45,401 bases of DNA from Frankiaceae bacterium (GCA_040002735.1 JBDUDX010000074.1:1-45401); one strand, 5' to 3'; counted from the first letter of the stretch, positions 33,488 to 42,445 are shown. A program made the numbers and translations. Notes: a model not told the origin generated them from the letters alone.

Positions 33488-34735
33488 TCACGGAGCAGCG
33501 CCTGAGCAGCCGGCCAGTGACGGGCTGGGCGATGGCGTGGGTTTCGGGGTGGCCGAGGTGGTCGGCGACTCGGCCGCGGCAGCTGGTACGACGCACTGCT
33601 CAGCGATCAATCGGTCGGCGACCCGCCGGGCCTGCGGCAGGGTGGCGGCGGTGATGCCGGCGCGTAGGCGCTCCCGCTCGAAATCCGGCAGTTGCGCCGG
33701 GTCGAGCGGCCGTTGCTCGGACACCGAGTGCAGCGACAGGCCGCCGATCGACCAGGCGACGCCGCGGAAGATCGCGACCCGGTCCCCGTGGATACCGACG
33801 AAGTACTGCGTCCGGGTCCACCACCACCCACCCAGAACCGCGCCGAGCAGGGCGAGGCCCAGCGCGAGCACGACCCATCGCGGCCGCCGGGAGGTGCGCG
33901 TCCGTCGGGGAGTCGCTGCGGAGGACTGGGCGTCCACCGCCGGGGGGGTTGCACCCGAGGTCGGTAGGACGATATCGGCCGCGGCTCCGACCACGACAGC
34001 CGGGTGCGGCGGCTCTGACGTCTCGACGATGTCGCAGATCACCACGGTGATGTTGTCCGGACCGCCGCCACGCAACGCCAACTCGACCAGCTGATCGGCG
34101 ACGTCCTCGACGTCTCCGCTCTGCAGGGTGCTCGTCAGGGTGGCGTCGCGCACCACCCCGGAGAGGCCGTCGCTGCAGAGCAGGTATCGATCACCGACCC
34201 TGACGTCGAGTACCGCGAGGTCCGGCTCCACCGTCGACCGGCCGTCGAGGGCACGGGTGAGCAGCGACCGCTGCGGATGGGATAGCGCGTCGTCGGCGGT
34301 GATCTGTTCGCTGTCGACGAGTTCTTGAACGTAGGTGTGGTCGTGCGTGATCGGCTGCAGCGTGCCGTCGCGAAACAGGTAGGCGCGGGAATCCCCGACG
34401 TGCGCCAGCCCGAAGCTGGAGCCGGTCCAGAGCAGCGCGGTGAGGGTGGTCCCCATGCCCTCCAACGTGCCGTCCGCGGCCACCCCCGCCCTGATGTCGT
34501 GCTGTGCTTGTTCCACGGCGCCGCGCAGCGCCGCCAGCACATCGGGTTCAGAGCCGTGCGCGTCGAGGGCGGCCACGCTGGCGATCGCGAGTCGGCTGGC
34601 CACCTCACCGGCCGCGTGCCCGCCCATGCCGTCGGCCACCGCGACCAGTCGCGGGCCGGCGTAGGCGGAGTCCTCGTTGCCGTCGCGAAGGAGCCCGACG
34701 TCGGAGCGTACGGCGAACTGCAGCCCCAGAGTCAC
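33488..34735 (-). CDS. pstP: PP2C-family Ser/Thr phosphatase PstP
   Basis: NEDS, ADGMGGH, HVGDSRAY, LCSDGL, GGPDNITV, TM helix. Confidence 0.95.
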   Translation of the reverse strand: MTLGLQFAVRSDVGLLRDGNEDSAYAGPRLVAVADGMGGHAAGEVASRLAIASVAALDAHGSEPDVLAALRGAVEQAQHDIRAGVAADGTLEGMGTTLTALLWTGSSFGLAHVGDSRAYLFRDGTLQPITHDHTYVQELVDSEQITADDALSHPQRSLLTRALDGRSTVEPDLAVLDVRVGDRYLLCSDGLSGVVRDATLTSTLQSGDVEDVADQLVELALRGGGPDNITVVICDIVETSEPPHPAVVVGAAADIVLPTSGATPPAVDAQSSAATPRRTRTSRRPRWVVLALGLALLGAVLGGWWWTRTQYFVGIHGDRVAIFRGVAWSIGGLSLHSVSEQRPLDPAQLPDFERERLRAGITAATLPQARRVADRLIAEQCVVPAAAAESPTTSATPKPTPSPSPSLAGCSGAAP

Positions 34736-34742
34736 GGTCGAC

Positions 34743-35219
34743 TCACCGTCTCAACTCGAGCACGGTACGACCGAGCCGGATCGGCGCCCCGAGCGGCACC
34801 GGAGTGGGGTCGGAGATCTTGCGTTCGGAGAGGTAGGTGCCGTTGGTGGAGCCCAGGTCCTCCAGCAGCCAACGGTCACCGGCGGGCGTCAACCGCGCAT
34901 GCTGGCTGGAGACGTAATCGTCGTCCAGGACCAGCGTGCAGTTCTCCGCTCGACCGAAAGTGATCGGCGCATTGTCGAGGGCCAGGGTGGTGCCGGCGAG
35001 CGGTCCTGAAGTAACCACCAGTGTGCCGGCCGCACTGCGCCAGGCGGCGGGCTGAGCTGGCGGCGGTTGCTGCCGGCGGGGAGACGTCGTCAACTGCGGC
35101 GTCACGGGCGCCGGCCGATCGGCGAGATCGCTACGGATCACCCGAAGGGCGACGAGCACGAAGAACCACAGCAGAGCCAGAATACCGAAGCGGAGCAGCG
35201 CCAGCGGAAGCTCTTGCAC
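34743..35219 (-). CDS. fhaB: FHA-domain protein FhaB/FipA
   Basis: N-terminal TM plus FHA domain (GR, SxxHA, DLGSTNGT). Confidence 0.92.
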   Translation of the reverse strand: MQELPLALLRFGILALLWFFVLVALRVIRSDLADRPAPVTPQLTTSPRRQQPPPAQPAAWRSAAGTLVVTSGPLAGTTLALDNAPITFGRAENCTLVLDDDYVSSQHARLTPAGDRWLLEDLGSTNGTYLSERKISDPTPVPLGAPIRLGRTVLELRR

Positions 35220-35225
35220 GGCCGC

Positions 35226-36014
35226 TCAGTCCGTCGTCCGGTAGATCAACACGGTGTTGCCCACCTGGATGCGGTCGCCATGGTGGAGTTGGCGGACACG
35301 CACCGGCTCGCCGTTCACCGTCGTACCGTTCGTCGAACTGGCATCGAGCAACCGGACAGCGTCACCGGTGAGATGCAGTTCCGCATGGCGCCGGCTGACG
35401 CCCGGGTCGGCGAGCTGGACATCCACGCCGGCGCTTCGGCCCAGGACGGTCACCGGCGAAACCAGCGGTACGGTCCGGTCGCCTTCTCCTGCGCCGCCCG
35501 GCTCGCCGCCGCTGGTAACCACGATGCGGTGCCGCAAGGGCGTACGGACCGGCACCGCCGCCGTCGGTGCGGCCGGAGGAGTGACCGCCCGTGATGGAAC
35601 CGAGCTGGGCGCAGGCGAGGGAACGGAAACGTCGCGGGCCGGTGCCGCTGCCGGGTCGCTGCGGACCTCGAACCGGCCGGTGTCCAGGGCGGGGTCGTGT
35701 TCCAGTCCGATGTGGATCGGTCCGGCAAAGGAGTATCCCGACTGCTGGGCGTGGTCGTGGAGCATCTCGGCGAACGCCTGGCCGAGCGGTTCGGCGTACG
35801 GCCCGAGCCGCTCGTGATCGTGGTCTCCGAGCGCCACGACGAAAGCGTTGGGCGCGATCACCCGTCCGGCTCCCACGACCACCCGGCGATCATCGGTCTC
35901 ACGCTGCAGCGCTCGGGCGATGTCAGCCGGCACGGCTTCACCCTTGAACACGCGACCGAAGGCACCCTCGACCAGCCGTTCGAGCCGTCGCTCGAAGCGG
36001 TCGAACACGCCCAC
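35226..36014 (-). CDS. fhaA: FhaA (DUF3662 + FHA)
   Basis: MGVFDRFERRLE..VEGAF, APNAF, C-terminal FHA (LGRS, VSRRHA, STNGT). Confidence 0.92.
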   Translation of the reverse strand: MGVFDRFERRLERLVEGAFGRVFKGEAVPADIARALQRETDDRRVVVGAGRVIAPNAFVVALGDHDHERLGPYAEPLGQAFAEMLHDHAQQSGYSFAGPIHIGLEHDPALDTGRFEVRSDPAAAPARDVSVPSPAPSSVPSRAVTPPAAPTAAVPVRTPLRHRIVVTSGGEPGGAGEGDRTVPLVSPVTVLGRSAGVDVQLADPGVSRRHAELHLTGDAVRLLDASSTNGTTVNGEPVRVRQLHHGDRIQVGNTVLIYRTTD

Positions 36015-36165
36015 GACAGCTCCCTTCTCGGCCAGACCCGATGCTAGTCGTGAGGTACGACGGATCGGATCACCGCAGCGTTGTCGACCGGCTTCCCACT
36101 CCCCGAAGGGCAAGATCGGCCGGCCGGTTGCTGAGGGTCTGCGTGGTAATCTTGCGGCCGCACTC

Positions 36166-36248
36166 GGGCGAGTGGCGGAATGGCAGACGCGCACGGTTCA
36201 GGTCCGTGTGTCCGTAAGGACGTGGGGGTTCAACTCCCCCCTCGCCCA
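36166..36248 (+). tRNA. tRNA-Leu(CAG)
   Basis: GGGCGAG/CTCGCCC acceptor stem, CACGG-TTCAGGT-CCGTG anticodon arm, long variable arm GTCC-GTAA-GGAC. Confidence 0.96.
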
Positions 36249-36364
36249 CCCACTACAGCACCACGCAACGCAGGATCGTTCGCCCAAGGACGTACACCCG
36301 GGCAGTAGCCGAATCTCCGGTGGACGATCAACACCGGCTCAAGGTCGGCGATACGGCGCCGGCG

Positions 36365-36694
36365 TCAAGGGGAACAGTCGACAGCCACTGCCAGGGCCGC
36401 GCAGATCTCGCGCATTCGAGTCCCCCGCAAGCGCCCCAACCGGCTGACGAGGACTGCGATGGAGACACTCTCGACCGAGTCGAGGTTCACGGCCGAGCGA
36501 CGAGGCACGGGGTCGTCCCCGGGTTCGAGCACCACTTCACTGAGGAGTCCCCGAATCGTCGTCGTACACGGCGCCACGAGGGCGCGGCGGTGACGCGGGA
36601 TCACCGCGTCGCGAGAGAGTACGACGACTGGTCGACGACCAATCGCTGCCATCTCACACCACCAGACCTCACCACGTGCGGGTGCGTCGCTCAC
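36365..36694 (-). CDS. mazF: PemK/MazF-family toxin (MazF5-like)
   Basis: [29 protein letters not shown]; start overlaps the antitoxin stop. Confidence 0.92.
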   Translation of the reverse strand: MSDAPARGEVWWCEMAAIGRRPVVVLSRDAVIPRHRRALVAPCTTTIRGLLSEVVLEPGDDPVPRRSAVNLDSVESVSIAVLVSRLGRLRGTRMREICAALAVAVDCSP

Positions 36695-36927
36695 GAGGTG
36701 GCCGCGGCCCGTCGGAACGACGCAAGATCACCCCATTCGTCTGGCTCGTCGAGCGGGTGCTTGTCGTAGGCGGCGTAACTCGCGTCCACCTCGGCAGAGC
36801 GGTAGCGAGCCAGCAGGGCCGCGAGGGCCTCGTCCACGAGTGCGGCATCCGTAGTCCCGGATCGCACGTTCCTGGCATGCTCGAGCAGCGTCGCGTCAAC
36901 GGTCGTGCTCAGACGTATGCGAGTCAT
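36691..36927 (-). CDS. mazE: Antitoxin, MazE5-like
   Basis: [15 protein letters not shown]...DEALAALL...[12 protein letters not shown], directly upstream of and coupled to mazF. Confidence 0.85.
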   Translation of the reverse strand: MTRIRLSTTVDATLLEHARNVRSGTTDAALVDEALAALLARYRSAEVDASYAAYDKHPLDEPDEWGDLASFRRAAATS

Positions 36928-36985
36928 GCCATTATCATGCCACAAGTTGCGAGGTCGAACGTTCTTGTGCCTGTGGCTGGCTGTG

Positions 36986-37017
36986 CCGCCCGGGCATCCC
37001 AACCTGTGCCCGGGCGG
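36986..37017. terminator. GC-rich hairpin between the vapC and mazE modules
   Basis: 11-bp inverted repeat CCGCCCGGGCA-N10-TGCCCGGGCGG; no U-tract. Confidence 0.4.
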
Positions 37018-37094
37018 GTCGGTTACCGGCAGGAGCCGCTGGTCATCGAGTGGTGTGAACAACCCACCCACCCAGGGAGTCTGGGCCGGCGCCG

Positions 37095-37490
37095 TCAGCG
37101 CAGGACGCGGATCGGGCAGCGAGGACCGGTCGCGGTGGCCAGCCGTCCATCCACGGTGATCAGCTCACAGCCCAACCGCTCGGCCAACGCGATGTAGCAG
37201 GCGTCATAGGCGCTGACGTTGGCGCGCAGCTCGAAGGCGCGCGGCACCAGCCGTAGGGCCGGGACGCGCTCGAAGCCGAGTTGCTGAAGGTACGCAATGG
37301 CGGTGGAGAACCTCTGATCGGTGAGTGTGCGGCGCAGCCACCGCTTGCCCAGCACCGACACGGTCTCGACGTCGACCAGATCCGGAGCAGCGATCTCGCC
37401 GGCTGCACGCAACTCACGGCGAGCCGTGTCTCCGTCGTCCTCGTCGTCGGCCAGAGCGTTGGCCAGAACGGAGGCGTCAACGACGATCAC
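37095..37490 (-). CDS. vapC: VapC PIN-domain toxin
   Basis: [36 protein letters not shown] (conserved acidic PIN residues). Confidence 0.93.
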   Translation of the reverse strand: MIVVDASVLANALADDEDDGDTARRELRAAGEIAAPDLVDVETVSVLGKRWLRRTLTDQRFSTAIAYLQQLGFERVPALRLVPRAFELRANVSAYDACYIALAERLGCELITVDGRLATATGPRCPIRVLR

Positions 37491-37509
37491 GAAGCGCTCG
37501 ACTGAACGG

Positions 37510-37740
37510 TCACCGCTGAGAGCGCTCTTCGTTCAGGTCGGCGGCGGCCGCAGCGAAGCCGACCCGGCCGCCGTGCTGGGCTTCGACATCGTCAAGGACG
37601 TCGCTGATCGAGCGCCGCTCGGCGAGATGACGGAGCTCGACGGCCAGGTATTGCTGCAACGACTGATGGCGGTTTTCGGCCTTGCGCTGCAGAGCCGCGT
37701 GCACGTCGTCGGGGACGTCGCGGACCAGGACATGAGGCAT
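37510..37740 (-). CDS. vapB: FitA/VapB-like ribbon-helix-helix antitoxin
   Basis: MPHVLVRDVPDDVHAALQRKA...SLQQYL, upstream of vapC. Confidence 0.85.
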   Translation of the reverse strand: MPHVLVRDVPDDVHAALQRKAENRHQSLQQYLAVELRHLAERRSISDVLDDVEAQHGGRVGFAAAAADLNEERSQR

Positions 37741-37841
37741 GCTTACATAATGCTTGCGCTCCGTGGCCATGGCAAGGCGCAGACGTCATGCGTCCGAAAC
37801 GTTCAAGACGGCGCGGGCCGCGGTGGCTAACCTTCCCCGAC

Positions 37842-38258
37842 ATGAAGCTGAATCCAGCCGTCGTCGAGCTCGTAGTCACCGACATGGCCGCCACCCTCGC
37901 CTTCTACCGCAGGCTGGGCCTTCCCCTCCCGACCGATGCCGACGACCAGCCGCACGTGGAGGCCGATCTTGGCGGGGGAATGCGCCTGGCGTTCGACACG
38001 GAGGCCACGATTCGCTCGTTCGACCCGAGCTGGTCCCCGCCGGCCGGGGGTGGTCACCGGGTCGCCCTCGCGTTCGCCTGCGAAAGCCCGCAGGAGGTCG
38101 ACGTCGCCTGGGCCGAACTCACCGGTGCGGGGTACGAAGGTCATTTGGAGCCGTGGGACGCCGTGTGGGGGATGCGGTACGCCGTGGTGCACGACCCGGA
38201 CGGCACCCCGGTCGACCTCTTCGCGCTCTTACCCGCCGCTGACGAGATCGGCCAGTAA
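37842..38258 (+). CDS. VOC/glyoxalase-family protein
   Basis: LVVTDMAATLAFYRRLG, PWDAVWGMRYAVVHDPDGTPVDL. Confidence 0.92.
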   Translation: MKLNPAVVELVVTDMAATLAFYRRLGLPLPTDADDQPHVEADLGGGMRLAFDTEATIRSFDPSWSPPAGGGHRVALAFACESPQEVDVAWAELTGAGYEGHLEPWDAVWGMRYAVVHDPDGTPVDLFALLPAADEIGQ

Positions 38259-38941
38259 GCGGGTGGGCGTCGTCCCCGCCAACTCGCGCACCTCCCGCGA
38301 CAGGTGGGCCTGATCGGCGTAACCGCACGCGTACGCCATCTGCCCGAGAGAGGTGCCAGATCGGCCCTTGTCGAGCATGCGCCCCAGCCGCAGCACACGG
38401 ATCAGCCGGCGCGGGCCGTATCCGAACAGCGTCAGGCACCGCCGGTGCAGCTGCCGCGAGCTGAGCCCGAGCTGGCTAGCCATGTCGCTGACGGGTATCC
38501 CGGCCGCTGCGAGGGCAAGCACGCTGGCGCCGAGTGGGTCCGGCGGGTGAGTCGCCACCCGTCGCAGCGCCCAGCGCTCCAGCGCCGCCACCGGTTGGGC
38601 CTCCACCCGCTCCGTCAGTACCCGGGCCTCGCCCGCCGGCCACAGGTCCTCCAGGCACACTGTCCGGTCGCGCACCGCATCGGCCGGCACGCCCATCAGC
38701 GCTGGTCCGGTTCCACCGGACAGGCGTAGGGCCGCGTACGCGGCACCGGCCGGACCGGTGTGCTCCCGGGCGGTCGTATCCGGGCGGTCGTATCCGGGCC
38801 CGCCACCAGGAGCCGGCGGCCATCCCACAGCAGATCGAGGCAGCCATCCGGCAGGATTTTCGTCGCCCGAGGCACTGGGCCGACCGTCCGTTGCCACAGG
38901 GTCACGCCCGGCACCGCACAGCGACGCTCCCGGTAGGGCAC
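38229..38941 (-). pseudogene. AraC-family regulator (DUF6597-like N-terminus) frameshifted by a 14-bp duplication
   Basis: N-terminal part (ILPDGCLDLLW...AGPDT) and HTH part (LGLSSRQLHRR, CGYADQAHLSRE) are in different frames; removing one repeat unit gives 233 codons. Confidence 0.85.
38766..38799. repeat. Exact 14-bp tandem duplication
   Basis: CCGGGCGGTCGTAT x2 followed by CCGGGC. Confidence 0.95.
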
Positions 38942-38992
38942 GCCGCCGATCATGACACTAGGCCGGACCGGCGGCGTACTCAGCCAGCCTGG

Positions 38993-39469
38993 TCACACCG
39001 TTGAGTACCACGCCAAGCCGAGTACCAGCACGTCTTCCGCGAGCGCCGCCGCGAGGTCGGGCCAGTCCCGGGCGGCCGCTGCTTGGCGCCAACGCAGACC
39101 GACGACGCTGCCGACTACTGCGCCGAGGGCACCGACTGTTACTGGTACCGCGACGGGTACCTGATGGCGCTGAGCCAGCGTACCGGCCGTGATCGCGGCC
39201 ATCGCGATACGGCCGAGAAGCGCTGGCGGGACCATCCGGCTCGGCGTGTTGGGGAGCTTGTCGATGACAAATTCCCCGAGCAACATAGCGGCCGCGGCCA
39301 GCTTGGCGGGCGGAGCGGCCAGCAGTCTCAGCGGGATGCCCGCTGCCACGTCCGCCGGGCTGCTGGTCGAGGCAACCGCCGCCACGCCGGCGCTGCTGCG
39401 TCCGCCCGTGACAATCCCCAGCGTGCCTGCTCGAAGGGCCACCTCTCGTGGCGAGAGCGTCACCGTCAC
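38993..39469 (-). CDS. DUF4126-like membrane protein
   Basis: LGIVTGGRS, GEFVIDKLPNTPSR, ALAED; hydrophobic; start uncertain. Confidence 0.7.
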   Translation of the reverse strand: MTVTLSPREVALRAGTLGIVTGGRSSAGVAAVASTSSPADVAAGIPLRLLAAPPAKLAAAAMLLGEFVIDKLPNTPSRMVPPALLGRIAMAAITAGTLAQRHQVPVAVPVTVGALGAVVGSVVGLRWRQAAAARDWPDLAAALAEDVLVLGLAWYSTV

Positions 39470-39579
39470 GAGAGGCCTGGGCAGGTCGGGCCGCCGACCG
39501 GGTCCGGACTCCGGTCCGCTGAACTTGTGGCCCGCACCAGCAACTCCTCTGACGTCGGCGAAGGACCTTGCGAGCAGCA

Positions 39580-40887
39580 TTACTGCCTCGTGGGCACCGA
39601 ACGGGCCATCGATCCGCGCAGCACCGTGGCGAGCTGTTCTTGACGAAACGGTTTGACGAGATAGTCGTCCATCCCGGCCTCCGTGCAGGACCCTCGGGGT
39701 CGACCTACCCGGACCGCGACCGGCCGCCCGGCCGGGATGTCCAAAACCAGATCCAGCCCTTTGGTCGCCGCGGCCTGAGCGACGAGGTCCATGGCCGTCT
39801 CGGTGCAGCTACGCAGGTCAAACGATTGACGCTCGAGACGCAGCTCGCCGGCCTCAATCTTCGAGAAGTCCAGGATGTCGTTGATCACGACGAGCAACGC
39901 GTCACCGCTGGAGCGGACGGTCTCCATCAAGTCGCCTGTTGGGCATCGAGTTCGGTATCCAGCAGCAGGCCTGTCAGTCCGATGACGGCGTTCATCGGTG
40001 TGCGAATTTCATGGCTCATGGTGGCCAGGAATGCTGACTTCGCAGCGGTTGCCGCGAGTGCCACGTCACGTGCCCGGGTCATCTCCTCGTCGGCTCGGCG
40101 GCGTTCGGTCACGTCCAGGGAAATGCCGCACGTGGCGTAGACCTGTCCAGCAGAGTCGTGCAACGGGAACTTGACCGTTTCGTAGTCGATGCGGCCCTTC
40201 ACGCCGTAGGACCATTCGTCGACCGCAAACTCCTCACGCTGCGCACGGACGTCGTTCATGCGCCAGGTCGCGGCCATGTTCGGGTCGAGGTACTCATTAG
40301 TTTGACCGATTAGTTTGACCGATCAGATCGCCGGCCCGGACCGAGAAGGCTTTCTCGAAGGGCGCATTAGCCATGAGGTACCGACCCTGGAGGTCCTTCA
40401 CGTAGATCAGCGACTGGCTGTTGGCGATGACTGCCTGGAGCATGACCCCTTGAGTCTCGCGCTCTCGTTCGGCGGCAGCCCGCGCGGACGCCATCTCGTC
40501 GCGGTGCTCCAGCTCCGCCATCCGACGCCGTTGCTCCAGGTCCTCGAACAGCGTCGCGCCCTGCATCAGCGCGCCGTAGGTGCGGCGAAGCGACCAGTAG
40601 TACAGGCCGATCGCCGCCGTGATCACGTCGACGGTCGCCTCGTACCAGCGCAAGCCCATTCCGTCCGGCGCGGCCCCACCCGAGGTCCCATGCAGCATCC
40701 CGGCTGCGTGTAGTGCGTGCAGGCCATGTCCGACAGCGCAGCTGAAGAAGATCGCCGCGGTGGCCGTGCCCAGCCGGTTGCTGCGCAGTTGTCGTGCCCG
40801 AATCAGCGGGGTGAGAACGGCATACATGATGCCGAAGTAGGCCACGCTGACCACGGTGTTGCCGAGCATGGCGAACGCGGCGGTCAT
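39580..40887 (-). pseudogene. Decayed hybrid sensor histidine kinase: ETR1-like 3-TM sensor, PAS, HisKA and a receiver remnant
   Basis: PAS (IYVKDLQGRYLMAN...GISLDVTER), H-box ([18 protein letters not shown]), INDILDFSKIEAG, receiver tail (AGMDDYLVKP); broken at ~40300 and ~39930; HATPase domain absent. Confidence 0.85.
40296..40321. repeat. Exact 13-bp tandem duplication
   Basis: ATTAGTTTGACCG x2. Confidence 0.95.
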
Positions 40888-40979
40888 GCCGGTCGATCGG
40901 CCGGATGTGGGCCCACCTGTAGGAGGGCTGGGCGACGATGATCCGCTCTGGGCCGGCCGGGCATGAGAACAATGACGGC

Positions 40980-41813
40980 GTGGACTTCGACGGGCTTGCT
41001 GACGATCTGTATGGCTTGCCGCCGGCTGAGTTCATCGCGGCCCGAGATCAGTGGGTCAAGCAGGCTCGTTCCAGCGGGGACCGTCCGCTCGCGGATCGGA
41101 TTCGGAAGCTGCGCAAGCCGACCGGGGGAGCATGGTTGGCCAACTTACTGGTTCGCTCCCAACTCGCCGAGGTCAAAGAGCTGCTCGAACTCGGTGCGGC
41201 GATGCGCGAAGCGCAAGATGCGCTGGCCGGGGAGCAGCTCGCCACCCTTTCCCGCCAGCGTCAGCTGATCGTGAACGAACTCAGCCGCGACGCGCTGCGA
41301 CGCGCCCATCAGGTCGGACACCCCATGACTCCGGCCGCCGCATTGGAGTTGGCGGACACGTTACGGGCAGCGTTGGCAGATCCGTCGGCGGCTGAGCAGT
41401 TTCGGGCCGGTCGGCTGACGACGGCCCTCCAGCCGACAGCCGGTGGCTTCGAGAAGGTGCCGGTTGCTGTCACGCCCGCGCCCCGCAAGCCCTCCGACGA
41501 CGGACTCGCTCAGCAGCGGGAGGCAACCGACGCGGCAATCGAACGCGCGACGGACGAGGTGTCGGCGGCGGAACGGTCGGCTCTTCTCGCGCAGGAGGCT
41601 GTTCAGCGGCAACAGGCCGAAGCTGCCAGCCGCCAGCGGCGCCTCGCGGAGTTGGAAGCTGAACTTAGTCGAGTTCGGGCCGAGGAGGCGCTCAGCTTAC
41701 GAGAGCTGCGGCGCTTGCAGGATCACCTCGATGCCGCATTCGAGCGGGCGGAGCGATTGAGAGGGGAACTGTCCGAGGCGCAGGACAGCCGACGGCGTTT
41801 GGGGAAGCGGTGA
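40980..41813 (+). CDS. Conserved actinobacterial hypothetical protein with C-terminal coiled coil
   Basis: ADDLYGLPPAEFIAARD, LRKPT..AWLANLL, TLRAALAD, GRLT; start probably GTG 40980 (ORF open from 40938). Confidence 0.75.
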   Translation: MDFDGLADDLYGLPPAEFIAARDQWVKQARSSGDRPLADRIRKLRKPTGGAWLANLLVRSQLAEVKELLELGAAMREAQDALAGEQLATLSRQRQLIVNELSRDALRRAHQVGHPMTPAAALELADTLRAALADPSAAEQFRAGRLTTALQPTAGGFEKVPVAVTPAPRKPSDDGLAQQREATDAAIERATDEVSAAERSALLAQEAVQRQQAEAASRQRRLAELEAELSRVRAEEALSLRELRRLQDHLDAAFERAERLRGELSEAQDSRRRLGKR

Positions 41814-42334
41814 TCCCGCTCGTCCGGCATGCTCACGTTGTGCTGACAGGTCTGTACGTCGGAGTTGTTGGTCCGACCACGGCGACGCCGGAGTGGGAGC
41901 AGATCGCCCACGAGGTCGGAACTCGGTTAGCCCGTAGTGGATGTGTGCTTATCTGTGGCGGCATGCAGGGTGTCATGGAGGCCGCGTGTCGGGGGGCGTA
42001 CACCGCCGGGGGTCTCACGGTCGGGCTACTGCCCCACGGGCACCGGGGACAAGGGAACCAGTACCTGTCCGTGGCCCTCCCGACCGGTCTCGGCGAGCTG
42101 CGCAATGGGCTCATCGTCCGAAGCAGCGACGTACTCGTGGCGATCGGCGGTGGCTGGGGCACCATGAGTGAGGTTGCGCTGGCCATGAGAACGGACAAGC
42201 CGGTTGTCGCGCTGGGGGCCTGGGGTGTCGTGGATAGCGCCTCGAACCCGGTACCGGACGGCCCGGCTCGAGCGCGGAGTGTTGAGGAGTTGTGGACGCT
42301 TCTTGAGTCGGGATCGGCGGTGCCAAGGGCATAA
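41810..42334 (+). CDS. TIGR00725-family SLOG/LOG-like protein
   Basis: CGGMQGVMEAACRGA, TGLGELRN, GGGWGTMSEVALA. Confidence 0.88.
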   Translation: MIPLVRHAHVVLTGLYVGVVGPTTATPEWEQIAHEVGTRLARSGCVLICGGMQGVMEAACRGAYTAGGLTVGLLPHGHRGQGNQYLSVALPTGLGELRNGLIVRSSDVLVAIGGGWGTMSEVALAMRTDKPVVALGAWGVVDSASNPVPDGPARARSVEELWTLLESGSAVPRA

Positions 42335-42445
42335 CGTCGGCGTTCTTGACTAATGCACAGGTTTGTCTCATGGGCTTCTCAGGCGGGGTGGCGAAAGTCA
42401 GGTCAACGCGCCGGACGGCGGCGGTTGTAGCTGAGGAGCAAGGAC

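Noticed and set aside
36955-36966. TCGAACGTTC as a LexA/SOS box upstream of mazE
   Set aside because: Lacks the 4-nt spacer of the actinobacterial CGAAC-N4-GTTCG consensus
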